The position numbers and the translations under genes are program-made. The notes under the pieces were generated by a model. The model worked only from the letters and a program-made list of their open reading frames with translations. It was not told where the DNA came from and did not search any database. A stretch of DNA of 64,000 nt from Ignavibacteria bacterium RIFOXYC2_FULL_35_21 (lineage in GTDB: Bacteria > Bacteroidota > Ignavibacteria > Kapaibacteriales > UBA2268), in assembly GCA_001804705.1 (NCBI GenBank), contig MHAY01000038.1:1738-65737 (forward strand). The letters run 5' to 3'. Shown here one piece after another: positions 28,200-37,112 of this stretch (positions are counted from its first letter, which is position 1; each line of letters begins with the position of its first letter).

Positions 28200-28345
28200 T
28201 TAAAGTTGATAAACTTTCAGCATATTATCGGGCATGATGCTTCCTGCAGACAGACCGGCAACGAATACGATGTAATCACCCGGTTTGATGTAATCAATAT
28301 TGAGCTTGTATTCACGTAGTTTGAAGAACTGTGATATTCATATTT
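28200..28345 (-). pseudogene. Orphan duplicate of the 3' end of pyk (last ~45 codons plus stop)
   Basis: In the pyk frame it reads ..FFKLREYKLNIDYIKPGDYIVFVAGLSAGSIMPDNMLKVYQL*, versus the authentic ..IFNKLREYLINLDYIKPGDYIVFVAGLSAGSIMPDNMLKVYQL*. Confidence 0.85.
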
Positions 28346-28515
28346 TGTTTGATTTGTGTAATTGATGTGAGAAAAATTCAATACATTCAATTTGCAGACT
28401 ATAGCGAAAATAAAATGAATTAATAATGCGGGTGACACGTCAACTTAAAATTAACACAGAAAATAGTCGAGAGGACAAAGAATGAATTTGACATTAATTA
28501 TTTAAAGGAGGCAAG

Positions 28516-28818
28516 ATGAAAAGTAATAATTACTCCGCTAATAAAACTGAATTTTCTTATATTATTGATGAGGCTGAACAGGAGTTATTTATATCAGAAT
28601 TGCAATATGGAATTGACATTCTAAGCAGCAAAGATGAAGTTGTTAAGATGAAAATTTATAAAAACCTGATAAGTGATTTGTCCAAAGCCAAAAGTAAACA
28701 ATCGTTATCTATTGAAAAGTCAGATATCATTGAAGTTCTTGAGAATTTCAGAACAGATTCAATTGAAAAAATTGCATTGAAAAAAAAGTTAATTGCACTT
28801 TTGCCTCAAGTAGATTGA
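28516..28818 (+). CDS. Hypothetical 100-aa protein
   Basis: Strong SD (aaaggagg) 7 nt before the ATG. No motif recognised. Confidence 0.5.
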   Translation: MKSNNYSANKTEFSYIIDEAEQELFISELQYGIDILSSKDEVVKMKIYKNLISDLSKAKSKQSLSIEKSDIIEVLENFRTDSIEKIALKKKLIALLPQVD

Positions 28819-28873
28819 AAGGGGTATAGGTTAATAGAGGAATAAATATGTTATGTTAATTTTTACACCTTTG

Positions 28874-28978
28874 CTGCCCTTCCTCAAGGAAGGTAATTTG
28901 ATGAGTTTTTAAGGCAATGGATTCTGCATCAAGTGCGGAATGACAGTGTGAGAGATGCTTCGATAGGCTCAGCATGAC
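28874..28978 (-). repeat. Inverted copy of the 3'-flank repeat module
   Basis: The reverse complement aligns with 26741..26767 plus 26835..26909 (roughly three quarters identical by eye), with compensatory stem changes. Confidence 0.8.
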
Positions 28979-28999
28979 ATTTTCATTAGTAATTAGTAA

Positions 29000-30490
29000 T
29001 TAAAGCTGATAAACTTTCAGCATATTGTCGGGCATGATGCTTCCTGCAGACAGACCGGCAACGAATACGATGTAATCACCGGGTTTGATATAATCAAGAT
29101 TGATTAAATATTCACGCAATTTATTAAATATATCTTCGGGAGTTATATCCGCAGGCACGAGCCGGGCTTCAATTCCCCATACAAAAGAATTAAGCCGACG
29201 CTGTGTGTGTGCAATTTCAGTCAGGGCAACTATAGGAATTTTGGGCCTGTACTTTGCAATATTTTTTGCAGTGAAACCCGAACTTGTGAGTGGTACAATC
29301 GCCGCCGCTTTGATTTGTTCGGCAATCACGCAGGATGCCCTTCCGAGAGCATCACCTACTTCTATTAGCTGCTGGGGTTCAAAATTTTGTACTCTTTCAA
29401 TATACGGGGGTTCGAAATTTTGAACCCCTACAACATTTGGTAGGCTTACGTTTTTATGGCTGATATCATATTTTTCTTCGATTACCCTGATGATTCTGTT
29501 CATATAATCAACTGCCTCGAAGGGATATTTGCCTGTGCTGGTTTCGCCGCTGAGCATAACGCAGTCGGTGCCGTCAAGCACGGCATTTGCAACATCGCTG
29601 GCTTCGGCTCTGGTCGGCCTTGGATTTTCAATCATTGACTCCAGCATCTGAGTTGCAATAATAACCGGTTTGCCATGATAGTTGCATTTTTTAATTATTT
29701 CTTTTTGAAGCACGGGAACGGTTTCGGCGGGGAGTTCCAAACCGAGGTCACCGCGAGCAACCATGATAGCATCTGATTCCATGATAATATCCTCGATGTC
29801 CTCATATCCTTCGTAACGCTCAATTTTCGAGATGACGGGAATCACTCTTCCGAAAATTTTCATTGCGGCTTTGAGCTCGATCACATCGGTTTCCGACCTG
29901 ACGAAAGAGAGACCAACGGCATCCACACCCTCATTCAAGCCGAATTTCAAATCGTCAATATCTTTTTCACTCATCGAAGGAGCCTTGCTGGAAACACCGG
30001 GAGCAATAATTCCTTTGTTATCTTTTAATGTTCCACCCTTGATGACCCTTGTGATAATGTCATTCTTCGTGATTTTTTCGATACTGAGAATAATATAGCC
30101 ATCGTCGAGAAGAATAGTGTTGCCGGGCTTTACCTCGTTGATTAAATCTTTATATGTTGTGCCGACTCTTTCAGAATTACCAAATGCTACATCTTCAACA
30201 GTGATTGTGAAAAGATTATCATCAGTAAGCTGTACAGAGCCGTTTTCAACTTTTCCCGTTCTGATTTTTGGTCCCTGAAGGTCTTGAAGTATAGCAACGG
30301 GCTTTCCTGTTGCATCGGAAGCGGCTCTAATATTTTTTATGGTTTGTGCATGATAGTCGTGAGTGCCGTGAGAAAAATTCAATCTTGCGGCATCCATCCC
30401 TGCATTTATTAATTTAATAAGGCTCTCGACAGAATCGGTGGAAGGACCTATCGTGCAAATTATTTTCGTTCTTCTTGGCAATGTGTTCAT
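29000..30490 (-). CDS. pyk: Pyruvate kinase carrying an in-frame REP-derived insertion
   Basis: RRTKIICTIGPST, MVARGDLG and other PK motifs. Full-length A, B and C domains. Confidence 0.95.
   Translation of the reverse strand: MNTLPRRTKIICTIGPSTDSVESLIKLINAGMDAARLNFSHGTHDYHAQTIKNIRAASDATGKPVAILQDLQGPKIRTGKVENGSVQLTDDNLFTITVEDVAFGNSERVGTTYKDLINEVKPGNTILLDDGYIILSIEKITKNDIITRVIKGGTLKDNKGIIAPGVSSKAPSMSEKDIDDLKFGLNEGVDAVGLSFVRSETDVIELKAAMKIFGRVIPVISKIERYEGYEDIEDIIMESDAIMVARGDLGLELPAETVPVLQKEIIKKCNYHGKPVIIATQMLESMIENPRPTRAEASDVANAVLDGTDCVMLSGETSTGKYPFEAVDYMNRIIRVIEEKYDISHKNVSLPNVVGVQNFEPPYIERVQNFEPQQLIEVGDALGRASCVIAEQIKAAAIVPLTSSGFTAKNIAKYRPKIPIVALTEIAHTQRRLNSFVWGIEARLVPADITPEDIFNKLREYLINLDYIKPGDYIVFVAGLSAGSIMPDNMLKVYQL
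29372..29433. repeat. REP-like palindrome (GGGGTTC/GAACCCC family, about 1.5 copies) inside the pyk reading frame
   Basis: ctggggttcaaaattttgtactctttcaatatacgggggttcgaaattttgaacccctacaac, translated as VVGVQNFEPPYIERVQNFEPQQ. Confidence 0.85.
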
Positions 30491-30701
30491 ATATTTTATA
30501 TTAAATAATTTTCAATTTTCAATTTTGCAATTTCCAAACAATATTACAATTATTAATGTTAAAATAGAAATGGACCTTATAACAATTTACCAATTAATTA
30601 ATTTGGGGAACAAATGTTAATAATGATTAAAAATTTGTCCATTGAAAATTCAATGAAAATTAAAAATTGGAAATTGAAAATTTTATTCATTTGTTATTTA
30701 A

Positions 30702-31415
30702 TTAAAAACTGATTATTGTATTATACACTTTTTCAAAATCGCTGAAGTTTGTGAATACGGCATCAGGACTGTAATCCGCCAATTGTTTTTCGGAATATAA
30801 TCCAGTAGCAACAGCAATTACGGGAATAATATTTGATTTTGCACATTCAATATCTTTTGGTGAATCACCGATAATGACTGAGTTAGCCGCTGAAAATTGT
30901 TTCCCATCGATATAATTATTTGCTCTTAGAATAGCAAGTTCGGGCAGTAGATTTCTATTATCAGATTCACACCCAAAAGCACCAAAGGGAAAATATTTAT
31001 CCAAATCAAAAACACTTAATTTAAGATAAGCATTATCTTTGAAATTTCCGGTTAACAATCCAAGATGAGTGTATTCATCATTATGCAGAAGTCCGATGAG
31101 TTCAGATATTCCAGGCAGCAGTTCGATGCAATCCGGATTGCTGATTTTCTGAAATTCGGTTAATAGTATTTTCCATGATTCAGGAATCAAGTCGTTTAGT
31201 TCATTTTCAGGAATATCAATTATAACTGCAATATCTTTGAGAATTTGTAAATCAGTCATTCCGGCAAAGCCGGGAAGTTGTGATGTTAAAATGTCTTTTT
31301 GGAATACTTTTTTGATAATTGAAATAAATACTTTTTTTGAAAAGTATTTTTTATAAATTAGAATAGTTCCATCAATATCAAACAAGACAAGCTGGTTTTT
31401 CCGTTTCAATTTCAT
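30702..31415 (-). CDS. HAD-superfamily hydrolase
   Basis: LVLFDIDGTIL (DxDxT) and a GDSPKD motif near the C-terminus. Confidence 0.75.
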   Translation of the reverse strand: MKLKRKNQLVLFDIDGTILIYKKYFSKKVFISIIKKVFQKDILTSQLPGFAGMTDLQILKDIAVIIDIPENELNDLIPESWKILLTEFQKISNPDCIELLPGISELIGLLHNDEYTHLGLLTGNFKDNAYLKLSVFDLDKYFPFGAFGCESDNRNLLPELAILRANNYIDGKQFSAANSVIIGDSPKDIECAKSNIIPVIAVATGLYSEKQLADYSPDAVFTNFSDFEKVYNTIISF

Positions 31416-31469
31416 AAAAACTTTCTCCCTTTGCTAACGGGAGGTAAAAGAATGATAATTCATTCGTAA

Positions 31470-31910
31470 TTAAAACGGAATATCATCTTCAGCAGCGGCT
31501 GCTGTTGTGTCAGAAAACGAAGCATCATCGAAAGTTTCCGGTTCCGGCGAAGCACTTTTCTGATAAGGTGTTCCTTCAACTTCCTTACTCAGCATAATCA
31601 TTGACCGGGCTTGAATCTCTGTCATATATCTTGTAATACCGTCTTTTTCGTAAGAACGGTGTTTAAGTTTACCTTCAACATATATTTTGCTACCCTTTTT
31701 TAAATATTTAGAAGCAAGATCAGCGAGTGAGTCCCAAAAGACAATTCTATGCCATTCGGTTGTTTCTTTGAATTCCCCGCTTTTATCTTTGTAACTATCA
31801 GTAGTTGCTAGACTAATTGTGCAAACAGAATTTCCCTGAGGTATTGACTTCATATCAGGGTCAGCTCCTAAATTTCCTATTAAAGTAACTCTATTCAAAC
31901 TTATTGCCAT
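31470..31910 (-). CDS. ssb: Single-stranded DNA-binding protein
   Basis: OB-fold N-domain (NRVTLIGNLGADP...TEWHRIV) and acidic tail ending DDIPF. Confidence 0.95.
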   Translation of the reverse strand: MAISLNRVTLIGNLGADPDMKSIPQGNSVCTISLATTDSYKDKSGEFKETTEWHRIVFWDSLADLASKYLKKGSKIYVEGKLKHRSYEKDGITRYMTEIQARSMIMLSKEVEGTPYQKSASPEPETFDDASFSDTTAAAAEDDIPF

Positions 31911-31992
31911 AATAACCCCAACGATAATTTGGAAAAAAATAAAACCTAAGTTATTAAAATTTCTTAATTAAACAAAGAAATTATTTTATAGT

Positions 31993-32802
31993 CTAATAAA
32001 CAACTTGAAAACCTACACCGTAATATGAATCATTTTCTGTATAAAACATGCCGTGAATACTTTTACCATTAAAATAATAGCCGCTAATCAAAATACCAAT
32101 TTCATTTGAGGTTACGAATTCAATGCCAGCCTGGGCTGAGTGGGTTCCGAAATATACATCATCAAAGCCTGATAATTTAAAATCATAACCGGCTAATACC
32201 TTGATATATTGGTTTATTTTATAATTAAAATCAAACCCTATTTGTGGTATTACCGGGTTAGTAATTTTCGGCTGTCTTGAAAAAACATAAGTTAATCCTG
32301 CATAGCATCTAAATTCATCAAAATTGATAGCTCCTGTAATCTCTGCAAATTCACGGCTGTAAACAAAGGGTTTCCGGTTTAATATTGTGTCGTGTGCCAA
32401 GCCATCAACTATGTGTGATGAGATATGTGCCAGTCTCAATCTTGCTGAATAATTCAATCCATTCAATTTACCTTTTGTCGTGCCATTTACACCGAAGAAA
32501 TAATCTGCTGTCTCAACCGGAAATTTCATATTGCCTTCGGACCTTAGCCTCGATAATGTGAAAAAGTCAGTACCGATGCGGGTTTTACTTTCTTCGCCCG
32601 AATCAAATTCAAATAAGTCAACAGTAGTACCAATATCAAGCCTTAATTTTTTTTCGGTCAATTGAAATACACATCCAATTCTTGGTTCGAGTATATTAGC
32701 AGTTAGTGGAGAGAACAAATGCCCATCCAAAGAAAAGGATTTATAAGATAATAAAATTAAGATTGTTAAAAATTTCAAAAAGTTAGAATTTAATTTTTTC
32801 AT
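31993..32802 (-). CDS. Hypothetical outer-membrane beta-barrel protein
   Basis: Start moved to MKKLNSNF (signal peptide). Alternating beta pattern, C-terminal ...GFQVVY. Confidence 0.5.
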   Translation of the reverse strand: MKKLNSNFLKFLTILILLSYKSFSLDGHLFSPLTANILEPRIGCVFQLTEKKLRLDIGTTVDLFEFDSGEESKTRIGTDFFTLSRLRSEGNMKFPVETADYFFGVNGTTKGKLNGLNYSARLRLAHISSHIVDGLAHDTILNRKPFVYSREFAEITGAINFDEFRCYAGLTYVFSRQPKITNPVIPQIGFDFNYKINQYIKVLAGYDFKLSGFDDVYFGTHSAQAGIEFVTSNEIGILISGYYFNGKSIHGMFYTENDSYYGVGFQVVY

Positions 32803-32897
32803 AAGACACATACCAGGCTCGATAAAAAAACCGAAAAACAAAATTAACAAATGTCTTGAAAGATTTGTTCTTCGGATTTTATTTAAATCAAAATTTT

Positions 32898-34379
32898 CTA
32901 ATAGGCGCCCTTACCTGAAAATACAACAGCAATGGTTCTTGCCAAGATATACAAGTCCAGGAACATAGACCAGTTGCGGATGTAGTAAACATCAATTATA
33001 TTTCTTTCTTCGAAGCTTGAAGCATTCCTATCGGTAACCTGCCAAAGTCCGCTGATTCCGGGCTTAACATTAAGGATCATCTCTTCATGCCCGTTCATTT
33101 TATATTTTTCCCAGGGCATGTATGCTCTTGGCCCAATGAGACTCATCTCGCCCTTAATAACATTGATAAATTGAGGCAGTTCATCGAGGCTGAATTTTCT
33201 GAGAAATTTTCCTACTCTTGTCATCCTTGGGTCATTTCTCAACTTATGATATACTTCATATTCACTTTTCAAATTATTGTCGTTTTTCAACAGATGGGAT
33301 AATCTGTCTTCAGCATCAATGTGCATTGTCCTGAATTTTACAATATCGAACCTTCCGTCGCCGATTCCCATTCTTTCCTGTCTGAATAGTACTTTACCTT
33401 TTGAATCAATCCATATCATTGCAGAAATAAAGAGGCAAATAGGTAATGCAATCATTCCGAGGCTTATAGATAAAATTAAATCGAAAGTTCTTTTCTTTAT
33501 CCTGGATGATTTTCTGAGAAGCCTTTGCTGTACTTCCAATCCAAGAATACCGCCCAAATCTCTTGTCGAAACCCAAAGGCTTGTTAATCCGAATAAGTCC
33601 GGGATAACCGTTGTCTGGCTAAAAAATTTAGAATATTTTTCAATAATTTCTTTTTGTCTGATTCTCGGAACTTTTGGCATAGCAATTATTGAATGGTCAA
33701 CGTTAAGCCTGTGAGCCAATTCGGGGATTGTTTCCAAGCCACCGATTACCGGAATTTTGTCGATATACCCCCATCTGTTAATATCATCATCGACGGCAAC
33801 GAGTGGCCTTAAGCCGATTTGCTTATGTTTCATCAAAGATTTTATTACCTTTTCTCCCGATTCACCTGCGCCAATAACCAAAACAGGAATACCCCACCAG
33901 GATTTTGACGAGCACATTTTTCTGATTGCAGACCTTCCGATAGGTACTAATGCCAGAGATAATAACCAGGAAAGAAGGAAGGCTATTCTGGAATACTCCC
34001 ATGAACCTTTTAGCAGGAAACTCATGGCGGCTACTATTGCATAGACAATTGTAATGCTGTATGTGAGGTTTTTTAATTCGTCTATGATGTCAATTCCGAA
34101 ACCGGGATATAAACCCCTGAAGTAGAAAGCAAGTGGAAAAAAGAGAATAATTATCGGTACTATGTTAACATAATATCCCAAATCAACTTCACCTGCCCAT
34201 ATTAAATCTCTCAGGAAAAGCGAAAGAAACATGGTTAAAGAAAGAACGATGATATCAACCAGAAAGAGAATTATGCCGGCTGAAAGCCTCCGGAAAAAGA
34301 TATTTCTCCTGTTTATAGGCTCTACCTTTGGTGCTGCAAGGAGCTTAGTCAGTTCCTTTAAATCGAGTGTTTCCATCAA
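32898..34379 (-). CDS. Polyprenyl-phosphate sugar phosphotransferase (WbaP/EpsB-like initiating transferase)
   Basis: N-terminal TM block, Rossmann-like middle, C-terminal DELPQFINVIKGEMSLIGPR. Confidence 0.85.
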   Translation of the reverse strand: MMETLDLKELTKLLAAPKVEPINRRNIFFRRLSAGIILFLVDIIVLSLTMFLSLFLRDLIWAGEVDLGYYVNIVPIIILFFPLAFYFRGLYPGFGIDIIDELKNLTYSITIVYAIVAAMSFLLKGSWEYSRIAFLLSWLLSLALVPIGRSAIRKMCSSKSWWGIPVLVIGAGESGEKVIKSLMKHKQIGLRPLVAVDDDINRWGYIDKIPVIGGLETIPELAHRLNVDHSIIAMPKVPRIRQKEIIEKYSKFFSQTTVIPDLFGLTSLWVSTRDLGGILGLEVQQRLLRKSSRIKKRTFDLILSISLGMIALPICLFISAMIWIDSKGKVLFRQERMGIGDGRFDIVKFRTMHIDAEDRLSHLLKNDNNLKSEYEVYHKLRNDPRMTRVGKFLRKFSLDELPQFINVIKGEMSLIGPRAYMPWEKYKMNGHEEMILNVKPGISGLWQVTDRNASSFEERNIIDVYYIRNWSMFLDLYILARTIAVVFSGKGAY

Positions 34380-34489
34380 TATTTTTCTTAATGTTCAACA
34401 AAATCCTGCAGTACCAATCCTCAAATAATATATCCTGAAATATGTAAATAAATTATTCCTCATGATATCATTTCTGCTTTTCCGTTGTT

Positions 34490-34517
34490 GCAGGGATTCA
34501 AAATTTTGAACCCCTAC
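34490..34517. repeat. REP-like palindrome, GGGGTTC family
   Basis: gcagggattcaaaattttgaacccctac. Confidence 0.8.
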
Positions 34518-34724
34518 AATAGCAAAAATACATGCCTAAACATTGCTTATGCAAAATCAAATGATATAAAGCCGAAAAAATTTATATATGATAAACCCTG
34601 TAATAATTTATGTTAATTGGTAGGAAATTAGGGCATTATTTATTTCATTAGTTAATAAATCGTTTTTTCAATTGCAAATATATAATCTTTTTTGAAAAAA
34701 CGAAAGAAAAAAATAAATATTGTT

Positions 34725-34752
34725 GTAGGGGTTCAAGATTTAGAACCCCTAC
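34725..34752. repeat. REP-like palindrome, GGGGTTC family, with both GTAG and CTAC feet
   Basis: gtaggggttcaagatttagaacccctac. Confidence 0.85.
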
Positions 34753-34782
34753 AATAATTGATTTTTATCCCCTTTTTCCTAC

Positions 34783-35562
34783 CTATCTATATATACCTCT
34801 CTGCGAAATTTCAATAAATTCAATACAATGCATCACTTCCGGTGATATGGTTTTTCTTTCCTTAAATTTCTTTATACCATCAGAATTATTAAAACCCGAG
34901 TGTATAAGGATTTTATAAAACTCATCAATTTCATTTATTAATTCATCTGAGAATCCTCGTCGTTTGAGCCCAATCTTGTTTATGCCATCCACCTTAGGTG
35001 GATTTGTACCAATAAGGGTGAACGGAGCCACATCTTTTGCAAGCTTTACGTCAGCTCCTATCATTGAATGCATTCCCACTCTGCAAAATTGATGTATCTT
35101 TACTGCACCTCCGATAAATGCCCAGTCTTCAACGTGTACATGGCCACCAAGCTGTGTTACATTTGCCATTATGACATTATTACCAACTTTACAATCATGT
35201 GCAATATGGCAGTAAGCCATAATAAAACAGTCAGTACCTACATTTGTTTCCATTGTTGATTTGGTGGCTCTATTGACAGTTACAAATTCTCTGAGGACTG
35301 TTCTGTCAGCAATAATTGCAAAGGTTTTTTCTCCGCCGAATTTCAAATCCTGTGGCTCTGTTGCAATGACAGTTCCGGTATAAATTTTACAATCTATTCC
35401 TATTCTTGCACCGTCGGCAATCACAACAGAGGAACGAATTTCTGTGTTGTCACCAATCTCTACATCGTCATGAATTATGGAATAAGGTCCTATTTTAACA
35501 TTCTCGCCAATTTTTGCTTTTTTTGATATAATAGCAGTTGGATGATGTAATACTTCACTCAT
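34783..35562 (-). CDS. lpxA: Acyl-ACP--UDP-N-acetylglucosamine O-acyltransferase
   Basis: Hexapeptide-repeat N-domain plus helical C-domain, 259 aa, adjacent to lpxC-fabZ. Confidence 0.9.
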   Translation of the reverse strand: MSEVLHHPTAIISKKAKIGENVKIGPYSIIHDDVEIGDNTEIRSSVVIADGARIGIDCKIYTGTVIATEPQDLKFGGEKTFAIIADRTVLREFVTVNRATKSTMETNVGTDCFIMAYCHIAHDCKVGNNVIMANVTQLGGHVHVEDWAFIGGAVKIHQFCRVGMHSMIGADVKLAKDVAPFTLIGTNPPKVDGINKIGLKRRGFSDELINEIDEFYKILIHSGFNNSDGIKKFKERKTISPEVMHCIEFIEISQRGIYR

Positions 35563-35595
35563 ATTTAATTTTCATTTGACATTATTCATTTTATT

Positions 35596-35619
35596 GGGCA
35601 GAAAATATTCTGCCCCTAC
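35596..35619. repeat. REP-like palindrome, GGGCAGAA/TTCTGCCC family
   Basis: gggcagaaaatattctgcccctac. Confidence 0.8.
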
Positions 35620-35714
35620 ACTATCATATATAAATTTTCAATTATCAATTTTCAATTTTTCTTTAATCATTTTATATTATATAACCATTTTCATTCGTAA
35701 TTCGTAATTCGTAA

Positions 35715-37112
35715 TTACTTATTTACAACTGCTGTTGATAATTCTGCTTCGGCAACGATCTGTCCGTTGACATAAGCCGTTCCTTTTAATGTATATGTAT
35801 TAAATTTTTTTCCTGTCATTTTTACTTTCATCACAAGCTGGTCGCCGGGTATAACAGGCTTTCTGAATTTTGCTTCCTTTATTCCCATAAAGAGGACAAG
35901 CTTATTCTTAAAATCATTCATTACTTTAAGAAGAAGCAAGCATCCTGTTTGTGCCATCGCTTCGCATATCAAAACTCCGGGCATTATAGGCTTTTCGGGG
36001 AAATGCCCCATAAAGTATGGTTCATTAACTGTTACGTTTTTGATTCCCACAACGCTGTTGTTTTCTGGATCATATTCAATCAGTTTGTCAATCATCAGGA
36101 AAGGATACCTATGGGGCATAATTTTTAGAAGGTCATAAATGTCAAAGGCAGCCTCAGATGAAACGTTAACCTTATGTTTGTTTAATTCCTGTTTCTTAAG
36201 GTATTCCTTTCTGATTTTCCTGGCAAATTCAATATTACTTGCATGCCCGGGCCTTGCCGCTAGAATTTGGGCTTTGAAAGGAACACCAACCAACGTTAAA
36301 TCTCCAAGCATATCGAGGACTTTATGCCTTGCAGGTTCATTTTTGAATCTAAGTTCTATATCATTCAAAATTCCTGTCGTTCCAAGCGAAGGTGTTTTTT
36401 TCAGGTTGAATTTATTCCACATTTTTTCCAGTTCTGCCTTAGTCATTTCTTTGTCAACAATCACAATCGCATTATCCAGGTTACCGCCTTTAATCAATCC
36501 CTGCTCGATTAACATTTGAATTTCTGCAAGAAAGCAAAATGTTCGTGCCGGTGCAAACTCCGTTACAAATTCCTTTTCCATGTTAAACAATCCCGAGTGC
36601 TGGCTCCCGAGGGCAGGATTATGATAATCTATCATAACTGTAACCCTGTAATCGTCTGTTGGAAGTGCCACTATGTCAACCTGCTTTTCCTCATTCGTAT
36701 AATGGATTGTTTCCTCAATCACAAAGTAATTTCTGTCTTCAGCCTGCTCCTCGAAACCTGCCTGGAGCAAAACATCAACATAAGGCAATGAACTACCGTC
36801 TCCCACCGGTGGTTCCAGTCCGGATAATTCAATCTTGCAGTTATCGAGCTTCAAGCCCGTAAGTGCCGCCAGCACATGCTCAACGGTATGTACGCGGAAA
36901 CCGTTCAAACCAAGAGTAGTACCTCTCGACAAATCAACTACGTAATCTACCAATGCAGGTATTTCAACAGGTTCCGCAAGGTCTGTTCTTATAAATCTGA
37001 ATCCGTAGTTTGCAGGTGCAGGGTGGAAAGTAATTGTAGTTGCTTGGCCGGTATGTAATCCGACACCCGAATAAGAAACTGATTTTTTTATAGTTCTTTG
37101 TTTATCTGCCAT
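35715..37112 (-). CDS. lpxC-fabZ: Bifunctional UDP-3-O-acyl-GlcNAc deacetylase / 3-hydroxyacyl-ACP dehydratase
   Basis: LpxC N-part (GVGLHTG, HTVEHVLAAL) fused to a FabZ hot-dog domain (LPHRYPFLMID...HFP..PIMPGVL). Confidence 0.95.
   Translation of the reverse strand: MADKQRTIKKSVSYSGVGLHTGQATTITFHPAPANYGFRFIRTDLAEPVEIPALVDYVVDLSRGTTLGLNGFRVHTVEHVLAALTGLKLDNCKIELSGLEPPVGDGSSLPYVDVLLQAGFEEQAEDRNYFVIEETIHYTNEEKQVDIVALPTDDYRVTVMIDYHNPALGSQHSGLFNMEKEFVTEFAPARTFCFLAEIQMLIEQGLIKGGNLDNAIVIVDKEMTKAELEKMWNKFNLKKTPSLGTTGILNDIELRFKNEPARHKVLDMLGDLTLVGVPFKAQILAARPGHASNIEFARKIRKEYLKKQELNKHKVNVSSEAAFDIYDLLKIMPHRYPFLMIDKLIEYDPENNSVVGIKNVTVNEPYFMGHFPEKPIMPGVLICEAMAQTGCLLLLKVMNDFKNKLVLFMGIKEAKFRKPVIPGDQLVMKVKMTGKKFNTYTLKGTAYVNGQIVAEAELSTAVVNK

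Noticed and set aside
26741-28200. Possible CRISPR array in the repeat-dense lpxD-pyk spacer
   Set aside because: The repeats are either contiguous 146-bp tandem units or 7-10-bp microsatellite-like arrays. There is no regular alternation of 25-40-bp repeats with unique spacers, and no cas genes lie in the window.
28217-28438. 73-aa minus-strand ORF
   Set aside because: It reads the pyk 3' fragment out of frame. The meaningful signal is the in-frame similarity to the pyk C-terminus, so it is called a pseudogene fragment instead.
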